This document shows positions 25,743-36,354 of a stretch of DNA of 64,000 nt, one piece after another. The stretch lies in NCBI GenBank assembly GCA_014905635.1, contig JABVCE010000009.1:1240001-1304000 (forward strand), read 5' to 3'. Each line of letters opens with the position of its first letter. Positions within the stretch are counted from its first letter, which is position 1. The notes under the pieces are model-generated. The model made no database searches. It was not told the origin of the DNA and was given only the letters and a program-made list of their open reading frames with translations. This stretch comes from Scenedesmus sp. PABB004. Lineage: Eukaryota. A program made the translations under genes and the position numbers.

Positions 25743-26214
25743 GGCCGCCCGCAGCCGCGCGTGGCGCGCTTGGCGCTGCCCGAGCACGCGCGCCGGTCGC
25801 TGGCCTGCGCGGGGGCGGCGCCCGCCGGTCCGGAACGCTGCGTACGCGTGCGAGAGGAAAAACGATGCCGGCCCGCGGGCTGTCTCTTGCAGCTGGGGCG
25901 GGGGCACTGGCAGCAGCACTGTCACAAGCTGAACCAGCCCGTGCAATGCCCCATTCACCGTCCGCCTCACGCTCAGCGCGTCCCCGCGATCGCACAGCCG
26001 CCGCGGCAGCGCCGCCGGCGACCGCCGCCCGCCCGACCGCGGCAGCAGCGGCGGCAGCAGCGGGCGCGCGCCGCATGCGGCGCCTCCGCGCCAGCGCCCG
26101 GGGGCCTTCCGCTAGCGCAAGGCCAGCGGGGCCTGGCCCTAGCGCAAGGCAGCGGCCAGGCCAGCCGCCAGCGGCCAGCGGCCAGGCTCACCGGCCGCGC
26201 GGCGAGCGGCCGTC

Positions 26215-29200
26215 ATGGCCCGGGGCTTCCTGGCGCGCGCGGCGCGCATCATGGGTCCGGCGTTCCTCGTCTCCGTGGCGTACATGGACCCCGGCAACCT
26301 GGGCGCCGCGATCGAGGCGGGCTCGCGCCACGGCTACCAGCTGGTGTGGGTGGTGGTGCTGTCCAACCTGATCGCCATCCTGCTGCAGACGCTGGCGGCG
26401 CGCCTGGGGCTGGTCACGGGCAAGCACCTCGCGCAGGTCTGCCGCGAGGCGTACCCGCCGGCCGTGTGCCTGCTGCTGTGGGTGCTGTGCGAAATCTCAA
26501 TCGTCGCGCTCGACCTCACCATGGTCCTCGGTGAGACCACCCTCCGGACGGGGGCAGACGGGCAGGCGCCGCGCCGCCGTGCTGCCGCCCGGCCGCGCCG
26601 AGCGCTGCCGCCGCGGCGCGCCGCAGGCACCGCGATCGGGCTCAACCTGCTGCTCGGCTGGCGCATGCTGCCCTGCATCCTCCTCACCGGCCTCGACGCG
26701 CTGCTGCTGCTGCTCCTCGTGCCGCGGTGCGCAGCGGCCGCCGCGGGCGCAGCCGGGGGCCGGGGCGCCGCGGCCTGCCCACGCGCGGCGGCGGCGGCGC
26801 GCCCCGCCCGTGCGCGCGCAGGCAGGGCGTGCGCAGCAGCGAGCAGGTGACGGTCGGCCTGCTGGTCATGGTGCTCGGGTGCTTTGCTGTCGACCTGGTG
26901 CTCTCCAAGCCGCCCCTGCGCGCGGTGCTGGGCGGCCTCGTGCCGCGCCTGAGCGCCGACAGCGTCTACGCCGCCGTCTGCCTGCTCGGCGCCAACGTGA
27001 TGCCACACAACTTCTTTTTGGTGCGGGGCGCCACCCCCGCCCAGCAGCAGCACCGGCGGCACCCGCGCGGCGCCGGCCGGCGGGGCGCCGCGCGCCCCCG
27101 CGCGGCGCCCGCGCGCTCACCGCAGCGGCCGCCCCGCTCCTTCCTCCTGCCGCCGCTGCCGCCGCAGCACTCTGCGCTCGTGGCGGGGCAGGCGCGCGGC
27201 GCGGCGAGCACGAGCCTGCGGCGCCTCTGCCTGTACAACTTCCTGGACATCGCCGCGGCGCTGGGGCTCGCGCTCGTGGTCAACGTCGCGGTGCTGCTCG
27301 TCGCCGCGGCGACCTTCCACCAGGCCGGTGCGCCGCCGCCGCGCGGCGCGCCGCGCGCAGCGCGCAGCGCGGGCGGCCGGCGGCGCCCGCGGCAGCCGCC
27401 CGCGGCCGCCGACGCTGTCAAGCCTGCCCACCCGATCACGCCCGCCCGCCCGCGTCAGGCATCGTGGTTGAGACGCTGCAGGCCGCGCACGACCTCATGG
27501 AGCGCATCCTCTCCAGCAGCGCCGCGCCCGCGGCGTTTGGCCTCGCCCTGCTCTGCGCGGGGCAGCTCAGCACCTTCACCGGGACCATCGCGGGGCAGGT
27601 CGTGCTGCGCGGCTTCCTCGGCGTGCGCCTGCCCACGTGGCTGCGCCGCGTTGCGACGCGCGGCGCGGCGGTGCTGCCCGCGGCGCTGCTGCAATACCAC
27701 GGCGGCGACGCGGCGACCTACCGGTGCGGGGCGGGCGCGGCGGCGTCGGGGGTGCCGCCGCCCCGAGCCGCGCCGCGCTGCACCCGCGCCGCGCCGCCGT
27801 TCGCCACCGCTGCGCCTTGCCCCGCGCCCCACGCACGCGCACCCACCCGCCCGCGCGCGCAGGTTCCTGCTGGTCGCGCAGGTGGTGCTCGCGCTGCAGC
27901 TGCCCTTCACGCTCATCCCGCTCATCAAGGCCACCAGCAGCGCCCGCCTCATGGGCAGCCACCGCAGCAGCGCGGCGCTGGCGGCCGCGGCCTGGGCCGC
28001 GAGCGCCCTCGTGTTCACAGCAAACCTGCTGCTCTTCGCCGCGCAGCTCGCGCCCGGCGCGGCGCTCGTGCCGCCCGTCAGCGCCGGCGGTGCGCGCCGC
28101 GGCGTGCGCGGCGCAGCGCAGCGCGCACGGCATGGCGCGGCGCGTCGCCCTCGGCGCGGCGCCGACGCCCCCCGCGCTGCGCCGCCCCGCCCCGCCGCCG
28201 CCGCCGGTGGCCAGGCCCCGACTCTGCCGCGCACCAGTACCTGGACAACCTGGCTGGCCTCGCGTGGGCGCGCCCCGGGCGCTTCCTGCTGCTGCTCGCG
28301 CTGCTGCTGGCGGCGGCGGGGCTGCTCGCGCTGCAGCTGTGGATGCTGCTGACGCCGCTGTCAGACGCCATCGCGCCAGCGCCGCTCATCGTGGCGCACG
28401 GCAACGAGCGCGGCGCGCGCGCGAGCGGCAAGGCCGGCGCCGGCGCCGGCGACGGACGCGCGTCGCGGCACGTGACGCTGGGCTGGAGCGTGCCGGGCGT
28501 GCGCGAGTGGCTGCTGGGCACGCCGGCGGACGACCTCGGCGGCGCGGCGCCGCGGCACGGGCTCGACGAGGCGGTAAGCGGCTGGCCAGGGGGAGGCTGG
28601 CCGGGGGAGAGCGCACGGGGCGCGGGGCGACGGGGGGGGGGGGGAGGGGGGGGCTGGGGCGCGGCGCCGACGGCGCGCGTGGCCGTGCTGCCGCGCAGGT
28701 GGGCTGGCCCAGTGCGCTCGAGCTGGCGGCGCACAGCCGGCCGGCGGCGGTCGCGCACCGCCACCCCGGCCACACCGCGGCGGAGCAGGCCTTTGGCGGT
28801 CGCGGCGCGCAGCAGCAGAGCGGCAGCGAGGCGGGCGAGGCGCAGCCGCTGCTGCCGCTGGAGCCGCAAACGCCCTCGGACAGCGGCGCGGCCGCCTCGG
28901 AGGGGCCTCAAGAGCAGCCGGCGGCGCAGTGCGGCCAGCCGGGCAGCCCCGCCACCGCAAAGCAGGCAGCGGCGCAGGCGGCGGCGCGCGCGCTGGAGCA
29001 GCAGCAGCAGCAGCAGCGCGAGCTGGAGTGCGAGCAGGAGCAGGAGCAGGAGCGAGAGCGGGAGCGGGAGCGGGAGCAGGAGCAGGAGGGGGAGCAGGCG
29101 GGCGCTGCCGCGTCGTGGGATGAGATGGACCTGGACAGCTTCACGCTCAGCGCCCACAGCGCCCACAGCGCCCACGGCGGCCACGGTGGCCTCGGCAGCG

Positions 29201-30713
29201 CGGCGGCGCAGCCGTCGTCGCCGCATGCGAGCAGCGAGGCCGCCAGCTACGCCCAGCTGGGCGCGGACAGGGAGGTCTGGCTGGACGCGTGGCCGGCGGC
29301 CCCTGCGCCGCCCAGCCCGCGCAGCCCCAGCTGGCGCGGCGCCTCGCTGTCGCGCGCCAGCAGCAGCGACGCCAGCAGCCTGAGCGCCCTCACGGGCGCG
29401 TCACAGCAGCAGCGCGCCGCGCGCGCGCCGGCCGCCCCCGCCGGCGGCGCCCGGGCGCTCGCGGCGCGGCCCGGCGCCGCGGCCGGCGCCGCCGGCGGCG
29501 GCGGTCGGAGCGGCGCCGGCAGCGGCGGCAGCAGCAACAGCAGCCTGTCCAAGGGTGGCCGCCGTGCGCTCGCGGCCGGCCTGGACGCGTTTTGGGGGAC
29601 CTATTTTGACAGCCACGGCGGCTGGGTCGGCGACGCGGCGGCGGCGCCGCGCGGCGGCAGCAGCGGCAGCGCGCAGCACGCGCGCAAGCGCCCGCCGCCC
29701 GGCAGCGCGTGCTGCAGATGCGGCGGTGCAGCGGCGGGCGGTGGCGGCGGCGCCCCGGGGCGGGCGTGGTGCTGCAGCTGCGCGATGGCCTTACTGCAGC
29801 ACGTCCAGGACTGCGTGAGCGAGCTGCTGGAGGTGCCGGGCGCGGCGCAGGTGCTCACGCCCGCGAGCGTGCTCGGCGCGCCGCCCGCGCCGGCCGCCGG
29901 CGACGGCGGCGAGCAGCCGGCCGCCACGGCGTGCGGCCTGCTGCTGGCGGACGCGTGGGCCCAGCTGCCGGCGCCGCTGGCGGCGACGCTGCGGTCCGTG
30001 CTGCCAGCGGCGGCGGGCGGGACGCTGATCGACGCGGTGCTCGCCACACGCGCCGACTGGCAGGCAGCGCCCGAGCCGGCGGCCGCGCCGGCGTGCGGCG
30101 CCACTGCACCCGGCATGGGCGCGTCGGCAGCGCTGTGTGCGGCCGCGCCGCGCGTGCTCGCGGGGTGGGGCGCGTGGTGCGTGGTCGTGCTGCTCGTGCT
30201 GGGGAGCTGCGAGGTGAGGCCGGAGCTGTGGGGCCGCATCGCCGCGGTGCTCAACCGCCTGCAGGGCGTGCTCACCGACGTCGCGGGCGGCGGCGGCAGC
30301 GGCAGCGGCGGCAGCGGGAGCGGCGGCGGCAGCGGCGGCGGCGGCGGCGAGCAGCAGCAGCTGTCGGCGCTGCTGCTCGCGCTGCTGCAGCAGCTGGAGG
30401 TCGCGGTGGCGGGCAGGGCGTCGCCGGGGGCGCCGGCGGCCCCGGCGCCGCGTTTGCCAAGGGCAGGGAGATCACTGCGGGCGTGGTCAAGCGCTACCGG
30501 CGCCGCCTCGCAGGCCCCGGCGCCAGCGCCAGCGGCGGCCACCGGCCGCGCCCGCCGCCGGGGCACCGCGCGGCGCTGGCCCTGGTGCTAGGCGGGCTGA
30601 TGGTGGCCGCGCCCCTGATGCTCGGGGGCTGCTGCTCGGGCGCCGGCGGCGGCCTGAGCGGCTGCAGGGCGGCGTGGCTGCGGCGCGGCAGCGCGGTCCT
30701 CCTCGCGCGCTGA
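26215..30713 (+). CDS. EIN2: NRAMP transporter fused to an EIN2-like C-terminal domain; 8 exons (26215-26530, 26627-26726, 26822-27020, 27168-27327, 27459-27723, 27863-28089, 28215-28573, 28699-30713) with a probable 1-nt indel at 30426-30430
   Basis: NRAMP: GPAFLVSVAYMDPGN, GANVMPHNFFL|HS, STFTGTIAGQVVLRGFL, QVVLALQLPFTLIPL. EIN2-type tail: GRRALAAGLDAFWGTYFDSHG, WGAWC..RPELWGRIAAVLNRLQG, LEVAV..AFAKGREITAGVVKRYRRRL. Confidence 0.88.
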
Positions 30714-30956
30714 GCGCGGATCGCGCGTGGTGTGTTGTGTTGCAGCTCGCCCGAGGCCTCCGAATTCGTTTGCGCCCGAGCTCGGGCTCGAGCCCGACCG
30801 CCGGGCGCGCCGCGCTGCAACACGCGCGGTGCCCGCCCGCGTGCAACGCCCCCGCGCGCTCCCCCGCCGCCGCGCGCGTCCGCCGGCCGACACCGTCGCG
30901 CCCGACCGGCGCCCTGACGCCTCACACAGTCACACAGCGCGCGTGTGTGTGTGGCG

Positions 30957-33230
30957 TCAGGTGTCGCTGAAGATGGCGTAGATGTCATCGCCCTCCCCCG
31001 GCAGCGCCACCAGGTCGGCCAGCTCCAGCGCGCCCATCGGGTCGTCCTCGCCGCCGCCCGCGCCGCCGGCGCCGCCGGCCGCGGCCGCGGCGCCCGCGCC
31101 GCCCGGCGGCGACGCGACCGCGGCGGGGTGGCGAGGCCCGGCGTGCTGGCCACGGCGCGCGGCGACGCGCCCGCGCCGCCGCCGGCCCCCGGCGGCGCCT
31201 TGGCTGCGGGGCTGGTCGCGGCGCCGCCCTTGCTGCCCGCGCCCGTCACGCTGCCCAGCTCAGCCGTGCCCGAGCCGGCCGCGGGCACGGCCGGCGCGGC
31301 GGCCGCGCCCCGGGCGCGCCGGCGGCGCCGGCGACGCCGTTGAGCGGCGGCGACCGCGCCGCGGCGACCGCAACCTCCAGCGCCGAGCTGCTGCCGGACG
31401 GCGGCGCGGAGGGCGGGGGCGGCGCGCCGCCGGGGTGCGGCGGCAGCGCCGACGACACGGCCTCCTGGCCCGCCGCGCCCGCGCCGCCCGTGCCCGCCGA
31501 CGCGGGCGTGTGCATGCTGCTGATGGGCGACTCGTGGTACACGCGCGCCAGCGCACCGCCAGGGACGCCCTCCGCATGTGGCGGCGGCGGCGGCGGCACG
31601 TGCTGCCCGTTTGGCAGCTGCGCCGTCGGGGCCGCGGGCGCCGGCGCGGCGGCGGCATCCCACCGGCTGCGGCGGCCGGCGGGCGCCGCGCTGCCGCCGC
31701 CCGGCGCGGCGCCGGCAGGCGGCGCCGGCGCCGGCGCAGCCACCGGCCCCAGGCCGGGCGGCAGCGGCCCCCACGCGGGCAGCTGCGGCGGCGCCGGGCG
31801 GGGCTGCGCTGCGCCGGGGGCTGGCGAGCCCGAGGCGCTGCCCGCCGCGCCCGGCGCCGCCTCGCTGCTGGGGCTCGTGCCCGCGGGCTGCGGCGGCGGC
31901 GGCATCTTGAGGTTGCGCCCGAAGCGCAGCCGGCTGGCGCGGCCGCCGTGGGTGGGGGAGTCGTCCAGGCCGGGCAGCGCCGCGCCGCCCTGCTGCAGCT
32001 GCGGCATGAGGCCAAACAGCGGCAGCCCTGGCGCTGCCGGCGGCGGCGGCGGCGGCTGCGGCTGGGCGTGCGCAAACGCGAGGCCCCCCTGCTGCTGCGG
32101 AGGCGGCTGCTGGGCCTGCTGCTGCGACTGCGACTGCGGCACGCCCACCGGCCACTGCGCTGCGGGATGCTGCTGGGCGTACAGCGGCCAGCCCGCCTGC
32201 TGCGGTTGCTGCGGCTGCTGCACCTGCTGCCCCTGCTGCGCCTGCACCTGATGCGCCTGCACGCCGCCGTGCCAGGGCGGCGGCACGACTGCGGCGGCTG
32301 GCGCCCCAGCGGCAACGGCCGCGACCGCCACCGCCGCCGGCGGCGGCGGCGGCGTGCTGCGGGCCGCAGCAGCCGCCGCCGGCAGCCCGAAGCGCGCGCG
32401 GGGGTCTGACGGGACCGCCGTGCCCGGCGCCGCCGGGGCGCCGGCCGCCGCCGCGGGCTGCGGCGCGGGCGGGGCCGCGCCGCCGCGCAGCGCGTCGGCA
32501 GCAAAGGGGTCGTAGTCGCGGCCGCCGTCAGCGCCCGCGCCCGCGGCAGCCGCCCGCTCGCCCTCTGCGGGGCCGTCCGCCGGCTGCGGGGCGCGCGGCC
32601 ACGGGGGCGGGCGCGGCGGGTAGGGTCGGGCGGGCGGGCCGCGCTGCAGTGCGCCGGCCGGGCGGGCAGCCGCCGCTGCCGCCGCACCCGCTTGGCCGGC
32701 GTGAGCGCGCCCGCCTGCACGTAGCCCAGCGCGCCCGCTGCCGGCGGCGTGGGTGTGCGCGCGCCGCGCCGCTGGTGGTGCTCGCCGCCGCCGCCGCCGG
32801 CCGCGCCGCGCAGCTCCGCCGGCAGCTTTGCCTCGCACGCGTCGACCTGCGCGCCCGTGAGCACGCCCTCTGCGCGCCAGCTCGCGAGCAGCTTGGCCAG
32901 GGCGGGTCCCTCGTCCGCCGGCAGGCCCTCGCCGAGCGCCTCAAACATGCCCGGCAGCAGCGGGCCAAACCGCTCGCCGTACTTGGAGCGGGCCTTGAGC
33001 GCCCGCCGCGCGCCGCGCAGCACCTTGCCCACGCCGTACATCACGTGCAGCCGCGCCAGTCCCGGCGGCGCGTGGCGCAGCGCGCGCTCCATGAGCGCGG
33101 GCGCCGCCTTGTAGCACGTCGCGTGGTCCTCGACCGCGATCGCCGCCAGGCCGTCCAGCGCCGACTTGCTGGCCTTCTTGGCGCACTTTGCCAGCAGCGC
33201 CTTGAACTCGGCCTCCCGCTCCCACACCAT
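30957..33230 (-). CDS. CID (RNA pol II CTD-interacting) domain protein with Pro/Gln-rich tail; two probable 1-nt indels near 31310 and 31127
   Basis: EFKALL..ASKSALDGLAAIAVED..CYK..RLHVMYGVGKVLR..KYGERF..KLLASWRAEGVL; RRSRWD motif; acidic end DDIYAIFSDT*. Confidence 0.72.
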
Positions 33231-33631
33231 GGCTCTCGGGCGATCCGCCGCCGCTGCGCTGCTGCGCCGCCGCTGCTGCGCGCGCCGCCACACTGCTGGT
33301 CGCCGCCGACCAGCGGGGACGCGAGGCGCAAGCCGCAGCTCCGCGGGCACCGCCGCCGGGCGGAGGGCTGTGGCGGACGCCGGCGGCCGGCGGCAGGCAT
33401 CAAAAGTCGCGCGGCCCCGAACCCGCGCTAACAACCGTCGCAGCTGGCCCGCGCCGCCGCAGACCGGCATCGGGTCTCACTTAGCGTGCCCTCGCCGGGC
33501 GGGGCAGCGGCGGCGGCAGCACCCCGCGGCGCACGCCGCTGCGGACGGCGGCGCGTGCCTGCGCCGGCAGCGGGCCAACAGCCTCGCCGGCAGCTGCAGC
33601 CGTTCACCCGTGACCCTCCCAGTCTCCGGCC

Positions 33632-35277
33632 ATGAAGCGGCTGTTCGGCAGCAAGGGCGGCGCCGGCAGCGGCGGCAAGGCGCCGCCCCCGCTGCTAAAC
33701 AAGACGGTGCAGGTCGGCTCCTACCTGGTGCTCTGCGAGGCCCTGCGTGAGTGCCGGGGCCGTGCCCTGCGTGAGTGCCGCAGCGCGGCCAACCGCCAAC
33801 CGCCGGGGCGCCACCCGCGCTGCGCGCAGTCGGCAGCGGGGGCTATGCCGATATCTACTGCGCGAGCGACGTCGCGCGGGCGGGCGCGCGGTATGCGCTC
33901 AAGCACCTCCGCCTCGGCGGCGACGCCGGCATCATCGCGGCGGTGCAGGCGGAGGCCAAGGCGCAGGCGCGGCTGCGAGGCCACGCCAACGTGCTGCGCC
34001 TGCATGCGGTCGCGTTTGCGGGGCCGCGGGGCGGCGAGACGGACGCGTTCTTCCTCATGGACCTCTGCCCCGGCTCCCTGCTCGGCCTGCTCGAGCGACA
34101 CGCGCTGCTCGAGGAGGCGACCGTGCTGCACATCGCGGGCTGCGTCGCGCGCGCGCTCGCGCACATGCACGCCCAGAAGCCGCCCATGGCGCACAGGCGC
34201 GGCGCGCGCGGGCGACGGCGGGCGGGCGGGTGGCTGCCGCCGCGGCGCGCCGCGCCGCGCCGGCTGGCGGCCAACTCGCGCCTGCGCGGCACGCGGCGCT
34301 GGCAGGGACGTGAAAGCCGAGAATGTGCTGATGCTGCCCGACGGCACGTGGGTGCTGTGCGACTATGGGAGCGCCTCGACGCGGTCGGGCGTGCCCGACT
34401 CGCCCGCGGCGCGCGCGGCGGAGGAGGCGGCCATCGCCGCGCACACCACGCCGGCGTACCGGGCGCCGGAGATGTGGGACCTGCTCGCGGCGCAGCCCAT
34501 CGACACAAAGGTCGACATCTGGGTGAGCCTGCGCGCGCGGCCCCTGCGCGCCCCGCGCGTGGCCCCGCCCCGCGTGGTGGCCGTGCCGCGACCGCCGCCG
34601 CCGCCGCGCCGGTCAGGCGCTGGGCGTGCTGCTGTACGTGCTGTGCTACGGCCGGCTGCCCTTCCCCGGGGACAGCAAGCTGGCGGTGCTCAACGGCAAG
34701 TACGACATCCCTGCCACCCCGCCCCGCCACCCGGGGGTGAGCCGCCGCGCCGCGCGCCCGCGTCGCGCCCGCGGCGCCATCGCACCCGCGGCACCCCGCG
34801 CCGCGCCCCGACGCCGCATGCGCCCCCGCCGCCGTCGCCCGCGCCGCGCCGCGCCGCGCGCAGCTGCGCGGCCTCATCCGCACGCTGCTGACGGTGGACC
34901 CGGGTCAGCGGCCGGGCATAGAGGACGTACTCGCACTGCTCAGCGCCGTGTCGGAGGAGATCACGGGGCGCCCGCTGGAGGCGCCGGCGGCGCCCGCGGC
35001 AGCTCCGCCCGCGCGTGCCGCGCCGCGCGCCGCCGCCAGCACGACAGCGGCCCCGCAGCAGGCGCAGCAGCAGTCGCAGCAGCAGGCGCAGCAGCCGCAG
35101 CACCAGCACCAGCAGCAGGCGGCGCAGCAGGCGGCGCAGCAGGCGCAGCAGGCGCAGCAGCAGGCGCAGCAGCCGCAGCAGCCGCAGCAGCCGCAGGCGC
35201 AGCAGCAGCAGCGGCCGCAGCAGCCGCACTCGCAGCAGGACTGGGCGCAGTTCAGCCCGCCGGGCGCGCCGCCGCAG

Positions 35278-35309
<32 letters not shown>

Positions 35310-36102
35310 GGCGGCAGCGGCGGCGGCGGCGGCACCCCACCCCGCGACGGCGGCGGCGGCGCCGCACCCCGCGAAGGCGGCGGCGGGCCTGCGCGCGCAC
35401 CCGCTGTCGACGCCGGATGGCAGCCCGCTGCGCGGCGGGGGACTGCTGGAGCGGCCCGAGGGCCCTCCCGCACGGCACGACCTGGGGCAACTGTCGGACA
35501 TCACCGCACGCGCCGCCGCAGCTGCAGCGGCGTGGGGCCATGCCCCGCAGCAGCCGGCGCTGCAGCAGGGGCCGCCACCCCAGCAGCCGCCACCGCAGCG
35601 GCAGCAGGCGCAGGCACCGCCGGCGGCGCCGCCACCGCTGTGGGCCGGTGGCGCAGCCGCCAGCGGTGCGGACGCGGGACTGCTGGAGCGGCGGCCGCAG
35701 CCCTACAGCTCCGGCAGCGGCAGCAGCGGCGGCACGCCTGCAGCGGTGCCGGCGCCGGCGGCGCCCGCAGCTGCTCCCGCCGGCAGCCGTGCTCCGAGCT
35801 GCACGGCGGCCGGCCCCGCGCCCGCGGGCGGCGCCGGCAGCTCGCAGGGCGGCGGCGGCGGCCTGGGCGCGGGCGAGGCCGAGGCGCTGCGCAGCGCGGT
35901 GGCGCGGCTGGGCGCCGAGAACGCGGCGCTGCTCGCGCGCACCAAGCAGCTCGAGGACGCCGCGCAGCGCCAGGAGGCCGCCCTCGCGCGCCTGCAGGCG
36001 CAGGTCGACGCGCTCGCGGCGGCGCAGCGCGTGCCCGGCGGCGGCGCGCGGGGCATCGACGGCGGCAGCTTCTGGTCGACCGCGCAGGCGCCGGCGCGGT
36101 GA
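33632..36102 (+). CDS. NAK-family (AAK1/BMP2K-like) Ser/Thr kinase with Q-rich and coiled-coil tail
   Basis: LGSGGYADIY, YALK, PPMAHR|DVKAENVL, LCDYGSAS, HTTPAYRAPEMWDL, IDTKVDIW|ALG. Confidence 0.92.
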
Positions 36103-36354
36103 GGTAACACACGCCCGTGAGAGGCCCCCTGGGGCAGCCCCTGGGCGCAGGTGCAGCGCCGGCCGCACGGCTGCGCCGACCCCGCGCGCTGCGCTGCGCC
36201 GCTTGCGCCCCGGCCGCCGAGCTGCCGCATGCGCCCCAGCTCCCGCCCGCGGCGGCGCCGCCGGCGGCGCACACCCGCCACGTCGCCAGGCTCGGCCCCG
36301 CCCGCCCGGGCCCCCCACCGCCCGGCCGTCGCGCCCCGGCGCTCCGCGGCAGCC

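Noticed and set aside
30420..30450. Programmed ribosomal frameshift in the EIN2-like gene
   Set aside because: No canonical slippery heptamer is present, and similar homopolymer indels occur within 1 kb, so sequence error is more parsimonious.
20786..30713. Uricase, reductase and NRAMP as a metabolic gene cluster
   Set aside because: No shared pathway is evident, and tight spacing is the norm across this window.
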